Shown here: in pieces, positions 1 through 7,959 of the stretch
Numbering within the stretch: position 1 is the first letter of the stretch
How the letters are laid out: each line of letters starts with the position of its first letter
DNA from: a virus
Taxonomy: Duplodnaviria; Caudoviricetes
IMG/VR virus record: IMGVR_UViG_3300034166_001039
Span: 1-24,990 of that record
Length of the DNA stretch: 24,990 nt
Direction: 5' to 3' (one strand)
The notes under the pieces: generated by a model
Seen by the model: only the letters and a program-made list of their open reading frames with translations
Told to the model about the DNA's origin: nothing
Database searches by the model: none
Position numbers and translations under genes: made by a program

Positions 1-101
1 GTCACGTCCTTCGCGTCGACAACCTCGACCCACGTCGGCGAGGCGTAGGTGCCGGTGTTGACGTGCAACTCGCAATCGATGCCCACAAGAGAAGCGGCCA
101 T
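1..101 (-). CDS. Putative major tail (tube) protein, 5' portion only (runs off the window)
   Basis: ATG at 101, 3 nt after the neck gene stop. Reads MAASLVGIDCELHVNTGTYASPTWVEVVDAKDV. The position after the tail-completion genes and the NTGTYASPTW...KDV motif resemble siphophage tail tube N-termini. Confidence 0.6.
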   Translation of the reverse strand, partial: MAASLVGIDCELHVNTGTYASPTWVEVVDAKDV

Positions 102-104
102 TTG

Positions 105-644
105 TCATCGTCCTTTCACAGAGTTGGCCCACATCGCGGGCAGTTTGGGGGATTCCTTCGCGTAGGCCGGACCCATGAACGGACGTGCCTTGATCGATAC
201 CGTCTGTCCCTGCGGCGTGCGTGTTTGCCCGCCCTCTTCCAACGCTTCCAGCGCCTGCGGACCGCCGACCACGCCATTGAGGCGAGCCGGGCCGACAACA
301 ACCGAGTTGTTCGACCGGTCGTAGCCGAACAGGATGAATTTCTTCAGCAGCCCGAGACGCGACCGAGGTGGCTGTCCGGGCTTCGATGACTGGAGCGGTC
401 GCCGCGGACGCGGTTGGCCCTTCGCCTTCGCGATGGCCGAACGCCGCTTGTAGGCCGCGAGTTGTTCGGCGTTTAGTTCGGACACCGGCGTTTGCCGAGC
501 CTTGCGGATCGAGGTCCGGGCCGCTCGCATGACGAACGCCCCGAACTTCGACAACACGGACGCGGTCGCCTTGTCGACGGACCCAGCCACCGCCGCACGG
601 TCGAAGAACATCTTCTTGATGTCACCGATCTTGAACTTGACCAT
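105..644 (-). CDS. Neck/tail-completion protein (HK97 gp10-like / virion morphogenesis)
   Basis: Likely start ATG 644 (TGATG overlap with the upstream stop). Basic protein MVKFKIGDIKKMFFDRAAV...SKPGQPP...LEEGG...IKARPFMGPA; the ARPFMxPA C-terminus is typical of the family. Confidence 0.7.
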   Translation of the reverse strand: MVKFKIGDIKKMFFDRAAVAGSVDKATASVLSKFGAFVMRAARTSIRKARQTPVSELNAEQLAAYKRRSAIAKAKGQPRPRRPLQSSKPGQPPRSRLGLLKKFILFGYDRSNNSVVVGPARLNGVVGGPQALEALEEGGQTRTPQGQTVSIKARPFMGPAYAKESPKLPAMWANSVKGR

Positions 645-1096
645 CACGTCCCCCTCGTCGGGATTTCCCGGCTGTTGACGAACGTGAGTGACACCAGCGA
701 CATCCACAGGCGGTGCTCGGTCAGGTGCGTGACGGACCACGGCGTGACCTCGACCGCGCGGAAGCGGGCGCCGGAGTAGTCCGTGTCCCACCAGTAGTCT
801 TGAACCTTCCGCGTCAGTTCGGCGAGGTCGTCCGCTTCGTCGTCGTAGTCCTGCGAGACACGCGCCCGGATGCCGACATCAACAACGATTTCGTCTTCCA
901 AGAACCGACGTGCGGCGCGAGTTGTGGCCGTCGTGCGACCGATGACCGTGACGTGTGCGGCCGAGTCCGCAGCTTGCGGCAGGCCCTTCAGGTCGACATC
1001 CGGATCGAACGCGCGAGCGACCGTCAACGTCATCCCGAGGGACGCGGCGGCGAGGTCGGACGCAACCGAGGCGGCGATAGATTGGAGGTCAGGCAT
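644..1096 (-). CDS. Putative tail terminator / tail-completion protein
   Basis: 150 aa, coupled to both neighbours. Size and position between head-closure and neck genes fit; no diagnostic motif. Confidence 0.55.
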   Translation of the reverse strand: MPDLQSIAASVASDLAAASLGMTLTVARAFDPDVDLKGLPQAADSAAHVTVIGRTTATTRAARRFLEDEIVVDVGIRARVSQDYDDEADDLAELTRKVQDYWWDTDYSGARFRAVEVTPWSVTHLTEHRLWMSLVSLTFVNSREIPTRGT

Positions 1097-1452
1097 CAGG
1101 CGTCCACCTCCACCGTGTGAATCCGATAGGTCGACCGAGGGTGATCCGAGTAACGCCAGCAGTTCGACCCGGAGATGTCGCGGACGACGAACAACGCGGA
1201 CCCTTGGGTGATCCGGTCCCCGGCTTGCGGAGTGACCGCCGAGGCCCCGAGCAGCAGATCCTCCACGGCGATCATGAAGTCCCGAGACTGCACCGTGACC
1301 GGCATCCCGTCGTCGATGCTGTCGTGAGCCGATTCGCCGACGACCGCCGTCACCTCGACGGACTGCGCACCGCGCGCGTACGTGACCGTCTCCCCCGCGT
1401 GAGTGCGGAGGCGACCGAGTCCGGCGGCGAGTTGGTCGTGGAAGCGGGACAC
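1096..1452 (-). CDS. Head-closure / head-tail joining protein (lambda gpFII-like)
   Basis: 118 aa with GETVTY...RDFMI...PQAGDRI...YRIHTVEV pattern typical of head-closure beta-barrels; position fits. Confidence 0.65.
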   Translation of the reverse strand: MSRFHDQLAAGLGRLRTHAGETVTYARGAQSVEVTAVVGESAHDSIDDGMPVTVQSRDFMIAVEDLLLGASAVTPQAGDRITQGSALFVVRDISGSNCWRYSDHPRSTYRIHTVEVDA

Positions 1453-1453
1453 G

Positions 1454-2371
1454 TCAACACCAAACCTGTCCGTCGATGACGAATGACGAGAACGTCGTGG
1501 AGGAACCCGACGACTCCTCGACGACCTGCAAATAGTGGTAGCCGATGTTCGTCCCGGCGTTGTGAATCACGCCCGCAGACCCCGCCACACGCACGCCAAC
1601 CGACGTGAGACGCGGCGTCGTCGCTGGCATCGTCGAAGCGTCGAGCGACAGCCCCACGCTTCCGGTGATCGCCGCACCCGGCGTCATGTCGGCCCACAAC
1701 GAGACGAAGGGGCGATTGCACGGCAGGCAGGTCGCGTACTCGAACCGCGTCCCCGTCGCCGTGTTGTTCCAGTTCCGCGCCGTCGTCGTGTGACTGTGCG
1801 ACGTTGCGTCAGACACCAAGGCGCGTTTCAGCACCTGATTTGTGGCGTTGCACACGAACCGCTGGGAATTGCTGTCCGCCGTCGTGTTGGTCGCCGAGGC
1901 GTAGAACGATCCCAGGAGGCGTCGCGTTTTGTCCCCGCTCTTGGTGATGACCCCGTCGTTGATGGCGTAGGCGGTCGCTCGTGCCGTCGTGCTCGTCCAC
2001 ACCAGCGTTTCCAGCGTGAGCACCCCGCCGCTGATGTAGCCGAACACGTCGTACATGCTTCCGGACGTTGCCGTAATCGCCAGCGACGCCTCCGTAAACG
2101 TCACAGGCACCCACGTCGTCCCGTCCCACAGCGATATCACGTCGCTCGTGAAGGGCGTGTAGTACAGCGTCGATCCCGAGGCGACGGCAGGCGCCAGCGG
2201 ATCGCCCGAAGTCAGCGTGAGCCGCCCCCCGGCAATCGACGCCAGCCCCATCGCGTCGGAGATGGCTCCGATGGTCGCCCGCTTCGTGCTGTCCGCCGAG
2301 TCGTCAACGATTGGCAGATAGTCCGCGCGATCGACGGCAGTCAGCGCGGTCAGGTCAGTGATTGTCGGCAC
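1454..2371 (-). CDS. Virion fibre / structural protein
   Basis: N-terminus MPTITDLTALTAVDRADYLPIVD...TKRATI resembles a fibre attachment segment, followed by a Thr/Ser/Gly-rich beta domain (GGRLTLTSGDP...TLYYTPF). Confidence 0.6.
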   Translation of the reverse strand: MPTITDLTALTAVDRADYLPIVDDSADSTKRATIGAISDAMGLASIAGGRLTLTSGDPLAPAVASGSTLYYTPFTSDVISLWDGTTWVPVTFTEASLAITATSGSMYDVFGYISGGVLTLETLVWTSTTARATAYAINDGVITKSGDKTRRLLGSFYASATNTTADSNSQRFVCNATNQVLKRALVSDATSHSHTTTARNWNNTATGTRFEYATCLPCNRPFVSLWADMTPGAAITGSVGLSLDASTMPATTPRLTSVGVRVAGSAGVIHNAGTNIGYHYLQVVEESSGSSTTFSSFVIDGQVWC

Positions 2372-2373
2372 GA

Positions 2374-2691
2374 TCAGCGCTCCACATGGCCGGGATTCTT
2401 CGGACCAACAAACTCGGCGTTGATCTTCGCCGAGGCCGATACCTCGATGGCGTAGATCGCCGCAGGAGCGAACGGGAAGAACGTCGGCGGATCGCCCGCG
2501 TATAGCAGCGCCCCCACGCTCGCGGTCGGCGCGACGCCATCGCAGCGAACGCGCACGTTTTGCGATTCGGCTTGCAGCCAGACGCCTTCAACGGCCCCTG
2601 TATAAGTCAGGGGCGCGATGTTGGTGCTAGTGTTCAGCGAGGAAAATTGGCGATGCTCACCGATCGTGTACCGGTCTCGGATGACTGGCAT
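2374..2691 (-). CDS. Small beta-sandwich virion protein (hypothetical)
   Basis: Likely ATG 2691, 1 nt after the upstream stop. LQAESQNVRVRCDGVAPTASVGALL motif of a kind seen in small phage structural proteins. Confidence 0.6.
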   Translation of the reverse strand: MPVIRDRYTIGEHRQFSSLNTSTNIAPLTYTGAVEGVWLQAESQNVRVRCDGVAPTASVGALLYAGDPPTFFPFAPAAIYAIEVSASAKINAEFVGPKNPGHVER

Positions 2692-2692
2692 T

Positions 2693-3595
2693 TCAGAACC
2701 CTTCCACAAAAGCGCGGTGGAGTCGTTTCACCCCAGCCCCTGAACCCGATCCTTCAATCATCAGCCGCCCGCCTTGCTCGGCAAACAGCGGCAAGCCCGA
2801 CTCCGTCAACAGCGTGCGGGATGATTGAACCGCAGGTGAATACGTAAACCCGTTCGATAGCGTTCCCGACCCCGCCGCCGTGGTCACGACAACGTCTTTC
2901 GCTCCGGCGGTTCCCGCCGGTGTCACACAGGTGATCGTGGTCGAGTTGACGACCGACACTGACGTTGCCGAAGCCCCGCCAATCGTCACGCCGGTCGCGC
3001 CCGTGAAGTCGGTCCCGGTGATCGTGATCGCGGTCCCGCCAGTGGTTGAACCGGACGATGGGTCGACGCCTGAAACGGTTGGGGCAGATGCCGACGATGT
3101 GTAATACACCCGCATCCGGTACGCATCGAGTTGGAAATTCGGGTTGTATTTGAAGTCGTAGTTTTGGTGTCGGACCTCAACCCCGAACGTAGACGCCTTG
3201 ACCTCGGAATCGGTCCAGGTTGTCCCGAATTTGTTTGTCGCACCTCCGAATGTTTGCCAAGCAAAGGAACCAGGAACAAGAAACGAAGCGGTCGCCCCGC
3301 CCTGATTTGTTCCGACAAGTCCTGAACCATCTTTTGTCAATTGGATCAGGTCGGCGTAAACAACACCTCCGCCGATGTTTCTGGCGTAGGTCCCGACCTC
3401 GAAACCATCAATTGTGGCTCCGCTCGGGAGGTCAGAAAATCCGAAATTGAGAAGCCGAACCTGCGGGTAGGCAAATCCGCCGCCCCATGTCATGTAGCTG
3501 CCGTCTTGCGCGAGGACGTTCGCTACTCCGGAAACAAATCCGGACCCGAGGATCAGCGTTGACGATGCAGGAAACGCCCAATCTGTCACAGCCAT
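2693..3595 (-). CDS. IPT/TIG (Ig-like) domain virion surface protein
   Basis: PTVSGVDPSSGSTTGGTAITITGTDFTGATGVTIGG...VVNSTTITCVTPAG...DVVVTT...FTY is a textbook IPT/TIG domain; N-terminal jelly-roll-like region. Confidence 0.8.
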   Translation of the reverse strand: MAVTDWAFPASSTLILGSGFVSGVANVLAQDGSYMTWGGGFAYPQVRLLNFGFSDLPSGATIDGFEVGTYARNIGGGVVYADLIQLTKDGSGLVGTNQGGATASFLVPGSFAWQTFGGATNKFGTTWTDSEVKASTFGVEVRHQNYDFKYNPNFQLDAYRMRVYYTSSASAPTVSGVDPSSGSTTGGTAITITGTDFTGATGVTIGGASATSVSVVNSTTITCVTPAGTAGAKDVVVTTAAGSGTLSNGFTYSPAVQSSRTLLTESGLPLFAEQGGRLMIEGSGSGAGVKRLHRAFVEGF

Positions 3596-4224
3596 TACCC
3601 AAACCTCCGCCCGTTCGGGTCGATGATTCCTCGGGCTTCGTCATTCAGCGGCAGGCCCACAAAATCGGCGAGCGATTGCAAGGTGGCCTCAGTCGCGTCG
3701 AACAGGTCCGCGTACACCACGCGATGCTTTGGACCTTGCCACGAATCCCACAGCGATTCAACGGCGATCTTGGTGTCAGCGACGAAAGACGGGGCGCCTG
3801 CCTTGAAGTGATCCCATGTGCGCTCGACCGCACTGGCTTGCGACTGCTCGACGGGTCTATCGCAAACGATCAATCGAACATCCAAGCCCATTGCTGAAAG
3901 CACGCGAGCGGCGACCCACGAGTGAAGCCCCTTGATGCCCCACCGTGGATACGAAGCTCGCGATTGAATCATTGCGGTGATCAGTGCCGCCCCTTCGTCG
4001 TCAGGTTGCCAATCGTCGCGTGGGCGATCCAGACCCTGGAGATATCGGGTTGTGAATGCGTGAAATTCCTTGTCTGCGAAGTGCCCTTTGAGGTTCCAAT
4101 CGTCGGGTGTGTTGTCGTTCACGAAACCACCCACGCCCATGTTGACGCCGAGTGCGTGCAGAATCCCAGCGGTAACGCTCGTTCCCGAGCGAGGCGGACC
4201 GGCGACAACGTAGAGTTCCGACAC
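3595..4224 (-). CDS. Sulfotransferase-family (P-loop) protein
   Basis: VVAGPPRSGTS PAPS-binding loop, LGVNMG, GHFAD, WGIK, DRP...S and VVYADL match the Sulfotransfer_3-like pattern. Confidence 0.8.
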   Translation of the reverse strand: MSELYVVAGPPRSGTSVTAGILHALGVNMGVGGFVNDNTPDDWNLKGHFADKEFHAFTTRYLQGLDRPRDDWQPDDEGAALITAMIQSRASYPRWGIKGLHSWVAARVLSAMGLDVRLIVCDRPVEQSQASAVERTWDHFKAGAPSFVADTKIAVESLWDSWQGPKHRVVYADLFDATEATLQSLADFVGLPLNDEARGIIDPNGRRFG

Positions 4225-4236
4225 GCTTCACCCCAC

Positions 4237-4286
4237 AAAAACTCGCTGGCATCATGCCCCCACGGCGATGGCATCATGCCGCCGAG
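4237..4286 (-). terminator. Terminator-like hairpin with U tract, or tandem operator (TGGCATCATGCC x2)
   Basis: Minus strand CTCG-GC-GGCATGATGCCA-TCGCCGTGGG-GGCATGATGCCA-G-CGAG-TTTTT, ending 12 nt before the sulfotransferase start. Confidence 0.45.
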
Positions 4287-4455
4287 ATTGACCACCCCCT
4301 CTCCAACAGAGAACGGGCTTCGGTTCACTCCTTCATTGGGACCAACAGGCTGCGAGCCTCGTCCTGTTCCGTTTCTCTGCGTCGCGACCACACGGGCAAA
4401 TCCCCGAGGCACAGGTACTCCGAACTGGCAGCGTGTCACACACGCGCTGTCCCGT

Positions 4456-4740
4456 TCACTCTTTCACCAACTCACCCAGCCTTTCCCGCAGGTCTTCCAA
4501 CGCTTCCAGCTTTGTTGTTCCAACGCCGTGCGCGATGGCTTTGTGGCTGTGTCCGATCCATCCCTCGTGCGCCGTCGCAACGGTCGCGTCCCCGGCCTTG
4601 GCGTAGTCGATAGGCCAGCCAAGTCGCGGAATCGAGTCATCGGCCCGGATGATCTGGAACAACAGCCGCAGGCAATCCCGCTCGGCGGTAGCGACTTCCG
4701 GTCCGGACTGTTCGGCGTTGCGATTGAAGAGGTTGAACAT
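4456..4740 (-). CDS. Small hypothetical protein (~94 aa)
   Basis: MFNLFNRNAEQ...HGVGTTKLEALEDLRERL; ATG 4740 follows AGGTGA. The ORF-track start at 4788 falls inside a hairpin. Confidence 0.55.
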   Translation of the reverse strand: MFNLFNRNAEQSGPEVATAERDCLRLLFQIIRADDSIPRLGWPIDYAKAGDATVATAHEGWIGHSHKAIAHGVGTTKLEALEDLRERLGELVKE

Positions 4741-4960
4741 GCTCACCTGCACACCATTCCGTTGAGAGCGACGTTGCCGATGCGTCACTCTCAGGCCGAC
4801 GACCGATTCGCCGGTGTTTACTGCGGGCGCTATTCAAGCTCGCGGGCCTTCTCGGTGATTCCCGCCACTGCACTCAGCGCCCATCGGTTCACAAAACGGA
4901 TATTGAAACCGGCCCCTTATGAACGTCACCGCAAGCGGGAGCGGTTCGACCGGTATGTTG

Positions 4961-5605
4961 TCACCTGCACACCCTCACCCACTGGCGACCGTTCCAAAAC
5001 ACCGTGCAGTTCGGTTGCGTCGATTGCTGCACCGTCGCGACCGGCGGCGCGGGGACGACCGGCTTCGTCTTGATCGCCGCCAACGGAGCACGCTTGATCC
5101 GCGTCTCGTCAACGCAGCCGTCATGATGATCGGAGTGCAGCGATTGCAGTTCCTCGAGGCTAAGCGTCGAGAGCCAAGCCGCGTCGAACAGCCCAGCGTG
5201 GTCCCCCGATGACAGGTGCGCGATCGCCGAGAACCGATCGCTCGGGCATCCGCTCCACCAGGTCGCCTTGTCGCGGATCGGATAGCGGACAGTGTCGGCG
5301 GGGATCGGCTTCAGCGCCGCGGGCTTGCTCGGCATCGCGAACACGTCGACCGAAATCGCCACCGGCCCCGCCTCGCGCGGTTGGATCGGATAGCAGGTGT
5401 CGGCGGTTCCGGACCCGAAAACGTCGCAGGTGATCGGCTCGGCGACCTCAACCACGGCAGCGGGCGCGGCGTCGGGCAACTTGTAAGCATCACTTACAGG
5501 TTGCGACGGACCGAACACGTCGACGGTCATCTCCTGCGCGTCGGCGGACGCGGCGGTCAGCAGCACGCGCAGGGCGAACAGGACGGCGAGAATCAGGCGG
5601 GTCAC
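4961..5605 (-). CDS. Secreted/periplasmic protein with three xDVF repeats and a His-rich domain
   Basis: Signal peptide MTRLILAVLFALRVLLTAASADA-Q; GAGG SD upstream; HLSSGDH...LHSDHH putative metal site; C-terminal CTVFWNGRQWVRVC. Confidence 0.75.
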   Translation of the reverse strand: MTRLILAVLFALRVLLTAASADAQEMTVDVFGPSQPVSDAYKLPDAAPAAVVEVAEPITCDVFGSGTADTCYPIQPREAGPVAISVDVFAMPSKPAALKPIPADTVRYPIRDKATWWSGCPSDRFSAIAHLSSGDHAGLFDAAWLSTLSLEELQSLHSDHHDGCVDETRIKRAPLAAIKTKPVVPAPPVATVQQSTQPNCTVFWNGRQWVRVCR

Positions 5606-5617
5606 GTCGGCACCTCG

Positions 5618-6676
5618 TCAGAATGAAAGGGTCGTCTTTCGCGCATCGGCCACAGCACGCGCGGGCCGTTCGTTCGCGCCGAACACGTTGATGTCGATCT
5701 GGTTTTCGACGAAGCCATCGAGGTCCGTCACAGACCAGCAGTCGCCCGGCTGGCAGATTTCCACATCCATATCGCGGAACGTCACCCAGAAACTCCCACG
5801 CGGTTCGCCTTGCAGCGGCGCGGGATGCGCCGACTCGCCCCATGAGTTCAGGAGGCAGAAATAATCCGTCGCCCCCGTCCCGTCGTAGCCGATGCAGCAC
5901 ATCGCATGCGCCCACTCGGCGTTCTTGCGTGCGACCATCCGGCCATCGCGTTCGCGGATGTCCGTGCTGCCGAACCGCGAGCCAATGAGGACCGGGTAGC
6001 CGTTGCAAATCGCGTCCCGTGCTTGCGCTGCGGTCCGAACTGGCGCGATCGTCTTGACGCGGCGAGTGCTGGCGATGTCCAAGAACCGTTGCGGCGGCCC
6101 CTTCAATCCCCACTCCCGAGCCTTCTCGCCGGAATAGGGCGGCACACCATCGTCATCGGCGAACAGAATCCCGTGGTCGCGCATCCCTTGCACGATCCAC
6201 GCGACAACCGCACCGTCCCCTCGCACCTTGCCTTTGCCGACCTGAACGCGACCGACGCCGTACAGGAACGGCGGATAGACTTGCCGGAACCGGATGGCCT
6301 TGCCTTCGCCGATCTCGATCCCCTGTCGGTTCTCGACGGCGTTCTTGCCCGAGAACGATGTGCAGTCCCCCACCTGCTGCGGGTAGTTTGGCGGGACGTT
6401 CAACCCGGCCTTGGCCCACACTTCCCAGAACCGCACGTTGGCGTTCGCGTTGTCCTGGACGATCGCGCGGCCTTCCGCGTCCACAAGCTGGAACGGCGGA
6501 TGCGCGGCGATGATCGGCGCGGCTTCTTCCTCGAAATTCTCGACCAACCCGTAACGGACCGCTTCCGGCGTGACGGCAGGCGCGGACAGCCACATCGTCA
6601 GCGCGGCCCCGAGGGTCACGCCAACGACGAGAACCAGCCCCGTCCAAATCGCGATGTGTCGCGTCCGTCGCGTCAT
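5618..6676 (-). CDS. Papain-like (C1) cysteine peptidase with N-terminal membrane anchor
   Basis: Likely ATG 6676 (ATGA overlap). Catalytic motifs Q-QVGD-C-TSF, WA-H-AMCCIGY and LL-N-SWG; hydrophobic segment IAIWTGLVLVVGVTLGAALTMWL. Confidence 0.85.
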   Translation of the reverse strand: MTRRTRHIAIWTGLVLVVGVTLGAALTMWLSAPAVTPEAVRYGLVENFEEEAAPIIAAHPPFQLVDAEGRAIVQDNANANVRFWEVWAKAGLNVPPNYPQQVGDCTSFSGKNAVENRQGIEIGEGKAIRFRQVYPPFLYGVGRVQVGKGKVRGDGAVVAWIVQGMRDHGILFADDDGVPPYSGEKAREWGLKGPPQRFLDIASTRRVKTIAPVRTAAQARDAICNGYPVLIGSRFGSTDIRERDGRMVARKNAEWAHAMCCIGYDGTGATDYFCLLNSWGESAHPAPLQGEPRGSFWVTFRDMDVEICQPGDCWSVTDLDGFVENQIDINVFGANERPARAVADARKTTLSF

Positions 6677-7929
6677 TTCGCCCCCCGCAGACCCACAGCC
6701 ACCTCGCGCAGCACGACCGCCCATTGCTCAGCGGTTGCAACGTCGCGGTTTGATAGCTGCCGCGCCTTGACCCACACGGACAGCTTGCCGAGCACTTCCA
6801 ACAGCTTGAGCGACGGCGTGATCCGTGCGTCGAATATCGCCTTCTTGATCGCGTCGGAAACCTTCGTCGCGACCTCGTTCGGGTTGCCGATGAAGTTGGC
6901 TGGGGTCGCGACGATGACAGCCGACACACCCTCGCACACGCCCGCGTAGGCCAGCCGATCCGCCTCGGGGATGCCCGCAGCCCATTGGGTCACGAGGGCG
7001 TCAAGGCCGTATTTCGACGGAGACGGAGCGGGTGGCGTCGGCGTAGGGGCAGGCCCCGGTCCCGGCGGAATCGGCATCGGCGGCGAGGGCGATGGCGGGA
7101 CCGGCGTCGGGACCGGGGGCACTGGGGGGCTTGGTGGCAGGGGGGACGGTGTTGGTTGCGGCGTGCCGGGAATCGTCACGACCCACGTCAGCAGATCGGC
7201 CCCCTCGGCGTTGGACACCACGAGCGTGTACGACCAGACGCCGGGCAGGCTCGCAATTGACACCCGCGACGGGTCCTTGTCGCAGACCTTGAACAGGCGG
7301 CGTCCGGCGATATCCGGCTGAACACGCCACAGGAACTTGATGCCCTCGCCTTCGCTTTGCGAGGCATCCAGCGTCAGCAGTTCGCCGGCGGTGCCGGTCG
7401 TTGGGCCGTTAATCACGGCCTTCGGCGGGGCGGCGATGACCGTTCCGCAGAGCGACAGCAACACGAGGACGCAGCCCATCGTGCCAATAACCTTGGCCCC
7501 GCTCGGCGTCTGCGTCGCGTACATCCCGCCGCCCAACGCCTCGGGCACACCCACGCCACCGGCAGGCGGTTCCATCTCGGTCGAGACGTGAAACACATCG
7601 GGCAGCGGCTTGGGCTTCACCGCGTCGTTGAACGCATCCCGGACAATCTGCGCGATCATCACGTAGACTTCCGCGCCGACCGCCGCTTTCAGCTTCTCCA
7701 ACGCATGCTTGAGGCCCGCCACAGCGAGCGACGACCCGAGGCCCAGGATCATCAACCACAGTTCCGACGACGGCCACACGGACGACTCGCCATCCATCAC
7801 GACTCGCGGGCAAGAGGCGTAGTAGCCGACGGCACCCGCAGCGATCAGCCCGGCCCCCGTGTACGACTTCCAGCCGTCGATCAGCTTCCAAGCGGCCAGA
7901 GCCAGCCGCAGAATCGTGAGCCATCCCAT
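6673..7929 (-). CDS. Multi-pass membrane protein with PKD-like domain, Pro-rich linker and helical C-terminus
   Basis: Likely ATG 7929. 3-4 hydrophobic segments; PKAVINGP...LTLDASQSEG...FLW...PGVWSYTLVVSN is PKD-like; ~50-aa poly-Pro tract. Confidence 0.7.
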   Translation of the reverse strand: MGWLTILRLALAAWKLIDGWKSYTGAGLIAAGAVGYYASCPRVVMDGESSVWPSSELWLMILGLGSSLAVAGLKHALEKLKAAVGAEVYVMIAQIVRDAFNDAVKPKPLPDVFHVSTEMEPPAGGVGVPEALGGGMYATQTPSGAKVIGTMGCVLVLLSLCGTVIAAPPKAVINGPTTGTAGELLTLDASQSEGEGIKFLWRVQPDIAGRRLFKVCDKDPSRVSIASLPGVWSYTLVVSNAEGADLLTWVVTIPGTPQPTPSPLPPSPPVPPVPTPVPPSPSPPMPIPPGPGPAPTPTPPAPSPSKYGLDALVTQWAAGIPEADRLAYAGVCEGVSAVIVATPANFIGNPNEVATKVSDAIKKAIFDARITPSLKLLEVLGKLSVWVKARQLSNRDVATAEQWAVVLREVAVGLRGAK

Positions 7930-7959
7930 TGCAACACCCCCCGCCAAGGTGGAACACAG

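Noticed and set aside
4300-4385. Glycine riboswitch or hammerhead ribozyme
   Set aside because: Only fragments (CCGAAG, GGAGA) in the wrong arrangement; no CUGAUGA/GAAA core.
7020-7170. Repetitive GC-rich tract as a tandem DNA repeat or CRISPR array
   Set aside because: Explained by the poly-proline linker codons; no constant repeat-spacer pattern here or elsewhere in the window.
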